Virus record (IMG/VR): IMGVR_UViG_3300049491_000357
Location: 1 to 64,000 of that record
Strand: one strand, 5' to 3'
DNA: 64,000 bases
Origin: a virus
Shown here: positions 56,568-64,000 of the stretch, in pieces
How the letters are laid out: the number at the start of each line of letters is the position of its first letter
Position numbering within the stretch: position 1 is the stretch's first letter
The notes under the pieces: generated by a model
The model's database searches: none
What the model was told of the DNA's origin: nothing
The model's input: the letters and a program-made list of their open reading frames with translations, nothing else
Translations under genes and position numbers: made by a program

Positions 56568-59500
56568 TAATCTGTTCTTCATGGCAGCCATGTGCTCAAC
56601 CACGACATTTTGAGCTGTGGCTTCGACGAACTGCTTAAGATCCCCCTTCAAGGACAACTCCACTCGCACCTGACCACCTCCGCCCCCTCCTCCTCCGGCG
56701 GGAACGATACGTTCCCCCTTGCCAATGGACGTAAGACCCTCCCCTGGGGCAGGACTGATCTTAGCCAAACCTCCAGCCACAGACGATACCATACCTCCAG
56801 CTGCGTTGGCTTTAATGCCATACTCATCCTCATGTTTGCCCGCATACTCCCCAGCAAACTTCATAGCAGACTTGGGATCACTGACCCCACCTTCAGCGAA
56901 GTCATCCTTCCACCCCTTCACCTTGTCTGAGAAGGCGAGCATGGCGAATTCAAAGAGAGCCACTCGAAGAGAGTTGAGGGTTGATTCCTCAATCATCTTC
57001 GCCATTTGATTCTCCATGAAGGACTTGTTCAGTTTGATGCCCTTGTTCTTGAGGACGTTCTCAATCTCACCCAAAGTCCCCAGGGTTGCCTCCTGTGCTT
57101 CCACCCCAGTTTCCATGACTCCAGTCTGAGTTTCAGGAGCAGCGGTGCCTCCAAATGTGGCTTTGATGGCATCTTCGACATGAGTGTCGTGGGTGTATGC
57201 TGTAGAGTTTGTGGTTAGCGCCTTCCCAGCCTCTTCTGTGTTGGGGAGTGCCTTTGCAACACCATCTCCAACAGCGGCTGACTGTTCCTCTTTGGTGAGA
57301 GCAGAGGGGCCGCCCACTTTTGCTGTATCCCCCAATAGCTTAACAAGGTCTGTGGGCATCATTCCACCAAGAGCGGACTCACGCGCTTTGGCTCGATCAC
57401 CCCCAAAGTCAGAATCAATGTCTCCCTCCCCATAACGATCTTCAAGAGTCTTCTGAACCAATGCTTGTTTCTGATCTAGGGCGTCAGCTTCTTTCCTCAA
57501 CGCATCGCTTTTGGCTTTAGCTCTAGCTGCTTCAGGCCCAGTAGCCCCATATGCCTCTCGATCAACATCCTCAGCCTCAGCTCGTTTGGATGCCCCAGCT
57601 TCCCCCTTCGCCATCTTAGATAGCTTCTCAACCTCCTTGAAAGCATCCGTTTGCTTCAGCGCTTTATTTTGATCCCGCCAATCCTTGTTATCTTTAACGG
57701 CAGCAAGGATTGCAGGATCTTTTGTCTTTTGAGCCTCCATTTTTGTCTTAGAGGAAGAACTGGCCCCAGGCAATCCGGTAAGAGTTTCCCAGATACCAAT
57801 GATCGCTTCGTAGAAGGTGTGCATCATCCAGTCGATGAACACCTGAAGTTGCTCCATGATACTCTGGACCCGAGTGCCCATTCGCTTGTTAGCTTCCTCC
57901 TGGGCATCTTTCCCGTCGGCTGTATCTTTTGTGGCTTGGTCCATGGTGTCGTAGATCTTGGTCCAAGAAGCATCCTTCGCTTCTTGTGCCGACATCTTCC
58001 CCCGTTTGACCAACTCCTCTCGTTGCTCCGCAATCTGCTCTGCCATATTTTGGTATAGCTGACGCGTTTCATCATCTAGTCCAGCCAAGGAGTCACCGGC
58101 TATACTACCCAAATGTCCCTCATCGCTACCAAAACGTGTAGTTTCGGCATACTTGTGTTCAGCCGCAGCCACCACGCTAACTTTGGAGAGTGCTCTGGCA
58201 TTTCCTACCAAACCCCCCTTAGCCATTCTCTTCTCGGCGTTCAGGCTGGAGACGGCCTCCTTCAGGGTGCCTACCTTTGACTTATCCCCTGACTCAGCGA
58301 CCTTTTTGATCATATCTCGAACAGCGTCTTTACCCGCCGGGCCAGCTTCAAGAGCCTTCTTGACATCCTGGACAGTGCCCCCACCAGCATCTGCAATAGC
58401 CTTCGCGATGGAGCTGTTTTTTGATGCAATGTCCTCCGCAACAAGTTTGGCAGTCTTGGCAGGCCCTGCGAGTAGGGAGGACTTGACCTTGTCTTGGAAG
58501 CTAGCTCCCTTGTATGCATTCATAGCGGACTGCATGAATTTCTGAGCATTTCGTGGGCTCATCACCTTACCAAGCTTACCCAAAAGCTTGACCGCATCTT
58601 CAAGACGAGTGTTGTATAGACTAAGGTCAGCGGACACTCCTCGGATCATGGCGTAAAACTTATTGCTGGCGATCCCAGAATCTTCAGCACTTCTCGTAAT
58701 CATGCGAAACGAATCAACCGTCTGACCGAGACTTTGCCCCAGCTCAGTCATCATCTCAGCCTGGAAGCCCGTAACCTCCTGCAAAGAGATACCCATCGAG
58801 CGGGAGTATGCCACCGCTGCTTGAGTCACTGAGCCAAAATCCTTAGAAAACGCAGCGGACTTCTGGTTTAGTTGCCCAAACTGCTGCTCCAACGCCGTAA
58901 GCTGCACACCTTCCGCCTGAAGACTAGAAAGCACTTCTTTATGAGTGTCCGCAGAGATCCCCCAATCCAAGTTATTGGACGCATTGTAAGCTGACTCACG
59001 GATGTTTCTCAGTGAGTCATCCATCTTACTCAAGCCTTCCTCAACATTACCCATCGATCCCGAAAACCACTGAGCTGTTCCAGCAGAAGCCAAGATGTCC
59101 TTGTTGAACTCTTTGACCATGGCCTCGGCGTCAACGAACATCTTCACGAGCCCGAAGATCGAACCCCCCAAAGTGCCCAGAAGTGGCCCGAGTTTGGATA
59201 CGGTTGAAATGACCGGCCCCATCTTGCCTGCGATTGCCCCAAGCCCCTTAAGGGCTGCCCCCATCGCTGCTTCAGGTCCCCCACCCTTTGCTTGAAGTGC
59301 AGCACCCTTGGCGGACAACGACCCACCAACCTTGCTCAGCTTCCCACCAAGGTGTCCCCCGGCTGCCTTGAGGCCCCTGCCAGCAAGCTTAGCAAAGCTC
59401 TTCCCCGCCCCTTCAACATCCTTGTGCAACAAGGCTGAAAGCGGTTCAGCCAGCTCCTTACCAGCCTCAAGAGCGGCCTTCGTGAGTTCATTGCCACTGA

Positions 59501-59984
59501 ACTCGAACTTCAGGTCATTGACCTTGTCGGAGAGGTCTTCAGCCTTTCTTTGGATAGACTCGAAACTCTTTTGAGCTGCTTCAGTTCGCTTTTTATACGC
59601 CTCGACAGCCTTCTTCGACTCATCCAACGCAACTTGATGGGTTGCCTTCTCTGCCTCAGACAGCTTCTCAAAGTCTCTCGTCTGTTGGCGAAGGAGCTTC
59701 GACTTCTCCTTGAACAGACTCTCCTCTTGCTTGTATGCTTTTCGAGAAACAAGGAGCTGTGCGTTGTACAGCTTCAGAGACTTCTCGGCCTTCTTGACAA
59801 GTTTAGGAACCTTGTTGAAGCCGTCAGACATCTTGGACAAGAAGCCGCCAATAGCCCCCTGGCCCTCTTTTTGTGCCCTCTTGGCACTCTTTTCCATGTC
59901 GTGAAACGACTTCTCATACGACCGACGAAACTTGTCGGCCTTCATCTCTACGCTTAGAGATAGCGTAATGTCTTCGGTAGCCAT
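56568..59984 (-). CDS. Tail tape measure protein (about 1138 aa); ends at putative TTA stop
   Basis: Long Ala/Lys-rich helical protein with a Gly/Ala hydrophobic stretch, after tube and chaperones; typical TMP C-terminus (NAAGGMVS...GKGERIVPAGGGGGGG..VRVEL). TTA at 56568-56570, 5 nt before ATG 56562. Confidence 0.85.
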
Positions 59985-61267
59985 CACTGTCTCCAGGGCT
60001 TGCCCGGCGTTTTAACCGGAGGCAGGGGAATTGCGGTCTCAGGATCCTTGTCAGAGGTTCCCACAGTTGTCGACACACCAGGGGCAATACCCCAACGATC
60101 CATAAAGCGTTCCATCTTTTCGCTTTCCTCTGGCGTTGGCTGTACAAAACCCTGAGATACTCGTTGTGCTTCGATTTGCTTTTGGCGAGCAATTCTCTCT
60201 TGCACCTGTGCCCTGGTAAGCCCAATCGTATCAGACCCCCCATAGATAGTCTGACCACGGAATGACTCCTCAGAGGCTTTCGCTGCTGCAACAAGTTGTT
60301 CGCGTTGTGCCGCAACACGGTCTTTGATCCGCTGCTCATGAGCATCAACAACTTCATCGTGCCAGTCTTTTTCGCCCTTCAGGGACTTGGCCACCTGATC
60401 TGCAAGCTGCTCTGTTGTTTGAGCGAGAAGAACTACCTGCCCATCACGAAGAGTTGGCCCTTCGTCCAAAGAGATACCCTCATAGACATGCCGAAGAAGG
60501 CGATCTTTTCTAGCAATCTTGTCCTGCATCTCTTTGCGGTGGCGATCATGATCTCGGTTGTAGATCTTCTGAATGCCCTTGCCTGCCATACACGACCCAA
60601 CAAATTTCGCGTTTTCCCACTCCCGCTCTGCGGCAGCCGACGTGTCTTCAAAGTAGTTGATGGCTCGCCATGTAAGCTGAGCCCAGTTCAACCCCAGGTC
60701 AGCCGTCCCCGCTATACCAGTCACCGCCGCCAATGAGAGGTCCAACCCGTGAAGCTGAGCCCACCTGTAGCGAGAATAGTTTTCCATCGCATACGCCTCA
60801 ACAAGCACCGTAGCGTTTGAGGCTCGACGGTTTAGTTCCGACAAATGACGGATGACCTTGGCCCTGGCTGTGGGCTGCATGTCACGAAACATGTTGGCGA
60901 TTTTCGGCATCCACCTTTGCCGGTCCACGAGTACATTCTGACCATCCACCATGAATACACCAAACGCCAAAAAGAGGTCCCAAAACCTAGAGGTCACCCT
61001 ACCTTCGTTGGCGAATCCGCCCATCAGGCGAGTCAATTCAAACTCGTGCTGATTGAGGCTCTTGAACACAAAGAGGACGTCGTTGATTTCCGCGGTACTC
61101 GTCAAGAATCCGCGAAAGAGCACTGATGTAACATCCTTGTATACCTCAGGATTAACTTCTGGGGCCTGAGGGATGACCGTGCGAAGGTCGTCAGGGTCAT
61201 CCTCTCCCTCCGACTTGCGGCGGAGTTTTTCTTGTTCTTCTCCGTATTGCTCCGCAGTCTGAGTCAT
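59984..61267 (-). CDS. Probable tail assembly chaperone 2
   Basis: Between tube and tape measure; FVFKSLNQHEFE; TGATG-coupled to the TMP. Assignment mainly from synteny. Confidence 0.5.
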   Translation of the reverse strand: MTQTAEQYGEEQEKLRRKSEGEDDPDDLRTVIPQAPEVNPEVYKDVTSVLFRGFLTSTAEINDVLFVFKSLNQHEFELTRLMGGFANEGRVTSRFWDLFLAFGVFMVDGQNVLVDRQRWMPKIANMFRDMQPTARAKVIRHLSELNRRASNATVLVEAYAMENYSRYRWAQLHGLDLSLAAVTGIAGTADLGLNWAQLTWRAINYFEDTSAAAEREWENAKFVGSCMAGKGIQKIYNRDHDRHRKEMQDKIARKDRLLRHVYEGISLDEGPTLRDGQVVLLAQTTEQLADQVAKSLKGEKDWHDEVVDAHEQRIKDRVAAQREQLVAAAKASEESFRGQTIYGGSDTIGLTRAQVQERIARQKQIEAQRVSQGFVQPTPEESEKMERFMDRWGIAPGVSTTVGTSDKDPETAIPLPPVKTPGKPWRQ

Positions 61268-61275
61268 AGGTCACC

Positions 61276-62361
61276 TCAGATTTTGGAGGGCGGGCGGAAC
61301 TTCGGATTCACACCACCCAAGGAACTTGGGTGGGAGTCCAAAATCCCAGAAAGTTGTTCGTTGGCTTGTTGTTCTGTGAGCAAAGCCATGGGGCGTAGTT
61401 CCACCGCTTCAGACCGAACCACAGGAACCCCATGCAACGTGTGATCTGCCAACACCCCTGCTACATCAGCATCCCCCTCTAGAGCCGCCAACTCAGCCGC
61501 TCTAGACGAGACGGACGTTTGCTTGGGGGCCTGATGAGTTGGGGTGGGCTGATGGGTTTGGGCAGGGGCCGGAAGAGGGGCTTTAGGGACAATACGCTCA
61601 GGCGGCGGAACAGGCACTTGTTGATGCAAGGGCTTGCGGTTGGCCATGATGCTGGCTGCTGATACCACCCCAGGCTCAGGCTCAGGCTCTGGGGGTGAAG
61701 CTTCTTTTGTCGGTTCCGGTTGAGCCGCTGCTTCCTCTTCTCGACGCACCTTGTCGAGAATCTCCTCAGCATGTTTCATCTCTGCCAAGGTAGACTTTCG
61801 AATCAAACCATAGTCGTCAAGAATCTTGGCAAAAAGAGTGGAGGGTAGGTCATCTTCCAACTCCACAGCTTCCCCTAGAAGGCGACGAATGCGCTCCTCC
61901 ACCGACTCCTCAGCTTGGGCAAACTGAATTCCCTCTCTGGCAGCAGTTGATGCCTTCAGGGTGCAGTCTCCAATTTTAAGGTACGTTAGGTGGATAGCGT
62001 CAGGACCCCAAGACGAAAGGATCTTGTCCATCAGCCACTTGTGGCGTTCGACTCGGACCTTGCGCGTTGACCCTGGTTTTTTGGGATCAGGCTCCTCATC
62101 ATCGATGAAGTCTACAGCTCTTAGATCCACACCATCAAACTCAACCAAACCTCGGGCCACATGTTCCCCTTGGTACACGTTGAGGTATGTGAGATCTTCA
62201 AGTCCCTTACAGGAAGCAAGAACTGCCTCTACTTCCGTTGGTCGAAGATTGCGAACTACAAGGCTGTGACCAAGAATTTCGAACGGCTCCTCGGTGACAC
62301 CCATATCGAGTGCCTTACCAAGGGAATTGATGAGGTCTCTCGCTGAAACACTGCTACCCAT
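61276..62361 (-). CDS. Probable tail assembly chaperone 1 with Pro-rich C-terminal linker
   Basis: First gene after the tube; LVVRNLRPTEVE; AAGGAG SD. Assignment mainly from synteny. Confidence 0.5.
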   Translation of the reverse strand: MGSSVSARDLINSLGKALDMGVTEEPFEILGHSLVVRNLRPTEVEAVLASCKGLEDLTYLNVYQGEHVARGLVEFDGVDLRAVDFIDDEEPDPKKPGSTRKVRVERHKWLMDKILSSWGPDAIHLTYLKIGDCTLKASTAAREGIQFAQAEESVEERIRRLLGEAVELEDDLPSTLFAKILDDYGLIRKSTLAEMKHAEEILDKVRREEEAAAQPEPTKEASPPEPEPEPGVVSAASIMANRKPLHQQVPVPPPERIVPKAPLPAPAQTHQPTPTHQAPKQTSVSSRAAELAALEGDADVAGVLADHTLHGVPVVRSEAVELRPMALLTEQQANEQLSGILDSHPSSLGGVNPKFRPPSKI

Positions 62362-62388
62362 TTTGATCTCCTTTGATTTGATCTAAAT

Positions 62389-62469
62389 GGGGGTTCGGTA
62401 TTTCGTTTGAGACCTACACCTGCTCAAAAGAAGTGTATTGGTTTGATCTCATCTGAACTACCGACCCCC
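62389..62469 (-). promoter_or_regulatory. Long imperfect stem-loop between tail tube and chaperone genes
   Basis: Minus strand GGGGG-TCGGTA..TGAGATC..TACACTT-CT-TTTG-AG-C-AGGTGTA-GGTCTCA..TACCGA-A-CCCCC: nested complementary arms over about 80 nt. Confidence 0.6.
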
Positions 62470-62482
62470 AGTAAACGCCGAC

Positions 62483-63199
62483 TCAGAACGTAGGCGCCGC
62501 AGCACCACCAGAGCCGAACCGAACCGAGAAGCCCTTGCCCGCAGCACCATTGGCCGCAATCGGAGCCAACCCAGTATCGATGAACTCACCGTACTGACCA
62601 AGCCCATCGATGATGTCGGTCACAGTCACGGAGGAGTTCTCAGAGACCATCGCAGCATCCGACGTAAAGCTCGCCCCATACGAGTTGAACCAGCAACCCT
62701 CAAAGTACGTGAAGAGGGCTGTGATTGGAGTCAGAATGTTGTCCGCAGTACCAGAAGTACCACCCGAACCTGGCTGGATTGTGGCGCCCGGAGTCGAGTT
62801 GCCATCCAGCTTGCCCGCGATTTCCGAGAAGACCAGTTCCTGCTTGATGTCGAACGGCCAACGGTGGTGACGCAAAGACCGAACGAGTCCGTCAATGCCT
62901 CCCTTGTATCCAACCATCTGGAAGAGGTTGGCTGTGTATAGGAGCGTCTTGTTGAGAGTCAGGGTCATCGGTTCAGTGACGCCTGGCACCAACTCAGCGA
63001 TCATATCGCCAAAGCCAACACCACGAACTGGGTCAATCGTACGAGACTCGTCGAAGCCGAACTCGCTGATCGCTCCAAGCTGCTGAAAGCCCTTGGCCCC
63101 CGTGGAGTAGCCGAACACCTTGTTCTTTTGAGAGACAGCCGAACGAGTGTTCGGGGCCGTTCCCATCCTGTAAATGTAATTTTTGTTGTCGACAGGCAT
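62483..63199 (-). CDS. Tail tube protein (contractile tail)
   Basis: LGAISEFGFDESRTIDPVRGVGFGD.IAELVPG...LTLNKTLLY...PFDIKQE...YFEGCWFNSYGASFTSDAAMVSENSSVTVTDI is a myophage tube pattern; GGGAGA SD. Confidence 0.8.
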   Translation of the reverse strand: MPVDNKNYIYRMGTAPNTRSAVSQKNKVFGYSTGAKGFQQLGAISEFGFDESRTIDPVRGVGFGDMIAELVPGVTEPMTLTLNKTLLYTANLFQMVGYKGGIDGLVRSLRHHRWPFDIKQELVFSEIAGKLDGNSTPGATIQPGSGGTSGTADNILTPITALFTYFEGCWFNSYGASFTSDAAMVSENSSVTVTDIIDGLGQYGEFIDTGLAPIAANGAAGKGFSVRFGSGGAAAPTF

Positions 63200-63217
63200 C
63201 TGATGTCTCCCTTGTTC

Positions 63218-64000
63218 TCAGAGCTTGGCATTGGCGAAGAGAGCGTAAAGACCCTCACACTTCTTCGCCAACTTTTGAAGGTCACCTGTGACCCACGGTT
63301 CAGCAATGTCCACCTGACGAAGTACGTCCTGGAGGTTTGCCGTAACAAGATGCAAGTCAGTGCGAGCTTTCGAAGCATTGAACTTCCTGCCAGCAGTCAC
63401 GAGTGCATCGATCTTGACATCCGTCTCAGCCACCTGGGAGATGATCTCCTCAGCTAGCTTGAGATTTGCCTGGAACGTAGCAAAACTCGCACTCTTACCA
63501 AGAGGGTGAGTGACTGCCGAAGGTGGGGTATACGCCCCGGGGTCCTCGACGGTGTCCACCTTTGGTGCACCCATACCGTAGAACGCATCGTTCTTCGATT
63601 GGTCCCCAACCTCAAGAAGCTTGATTGAGGCAACCGAGGTTTGCAGTGCTGTGGCGCCCTCTGGTGTGGGGTTGGACGCCAAGTTCTGAATGACTTGCTC
63701 AATCTCTGCGAGCTTGTTGACGAATGCAGCCTTGTCCATGTGGTATGTACCTCGAAGTGGAACGACGTCTCGATCAGTTGCCTCGATAAGTGAAGTAGTG
63801 GAAGGGAGGACGGCTGACCAACGAGACCTTTTCGGAGTCAGGAACTGGAAAAGGGCGTCCGTGTTCAGGACCACCATGACCTTCCCCTCCTTCAAAAACT
63901 CGTCAAGAGCATTTCGACGTGTTTGAAGACCAGGGATGAGTTTTGTGACCAGTTGAAGAATTGAGGTCGCACCAAGTGCGTAGCGAACTCCATCAGGGGT
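63218..64000 (-). CDS. Hypothetical protein, 5'-truncated by the window edge
   Basis: Frame is open from 64000 (TPDGVRYALGATSILQLVTKL...FLKEGKV) to TGA at 63218. Confidence 0.65.
   Translation of the reverse strand, partial: TPDGVRYALGATSILQLVTKLIPGLQTRRNALDEFLKEGKVMVVLNTDALFQFLTPKRSRWSAVLPSTTSLIEATDRDVVPLRGTYHMDKAAFVNKLAEIEQVIQNLASNPTPEGATALQTSVASIKLLEVGDQSKNDAFYGMGAPKVDTVEDPGAYTPPSAVTHPLGKSASFATFQANLKLAEEIISQVAETDVKIDALVTAGRKFNASKARTDLHLVTANLQDVLRQVDIAEPWVTGDLQKLAKKCEGLYALFANAKL

Noticed and set aside
11080-56570. Idea that the terminal TTAs are a one-base insertion or +1 frameshift before TAG/TAA
   Set aside because: Fits the five TTAG/TTAA sites but not TTATG (2519) or TTAC (40701), and does not explain the lack of internal TTA.
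59984-62361. Programmed frameshift joining the two chaperone genes (lambda G/GT type)
   Set aside because: No slippery heptamer seen near the TGA at 61276, and the second gene has its own GAGGTG SD and ATG.
32985-63199. Bacterial extracellular contractile injection system or T6SS instead of a phage
   Set aside because: A long tape measure, giant fibre genes, a holin-like gene, an SNF2 helicase and no host-type genes over 64 kb fit a large phage better, though capsid and sheath genes are not in the window.
1-64000. tRNA/rRNA genes, CRISPR arrays, transposases, integrases, release factor genes, introns or inteins
   Set aside because: None seen. Intergenic gaps are short, and the one structured gap (62389-62469) is an unbranched hairpin rather than a cloverleaf. 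Any recoding machinery must lie outside this window.

Overview
A 64-kb segment of a large myovirus-like (probably jumbo) phage genome. About 40 tightly packed genes all lie on the minus strand. Reading right to left they are: tail tube, two probable tail-assembly chaperones, tape measure, two tube-initiator-like proteins (one fused to a GH73-like muramidase), baseplate hub, central spike, gp25-like, baseplate J/I-like wedge proteins, several very large tail-fibre/baseplate proteins, a holin-like/membrane cluster, a J-domain protein, a DUF4258-like protein and the start of an SNF2 helicase. The main observation is an apparently non-standard genetic code. Of the 39 gene ends I inspected, 32 are TGA and 7 fall on an in-frame TTA, which mostly sits 0-14 nt before the next start (including a TTATG stop/start overlap). 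None is a convincing TAA or TAG. I found no in-frame TTA inside about 8,600 codons of the five largest genes scanned by hand. The only gene-terminating TAA (12576-12578) interrupts what looks like one continuous ~2,400-aa protein. This suggests TTA = stop and possibly TAA = sense. CDS coordinates below use that interpretation. Functional calls come from motifs and synteny only; no database searches were run.
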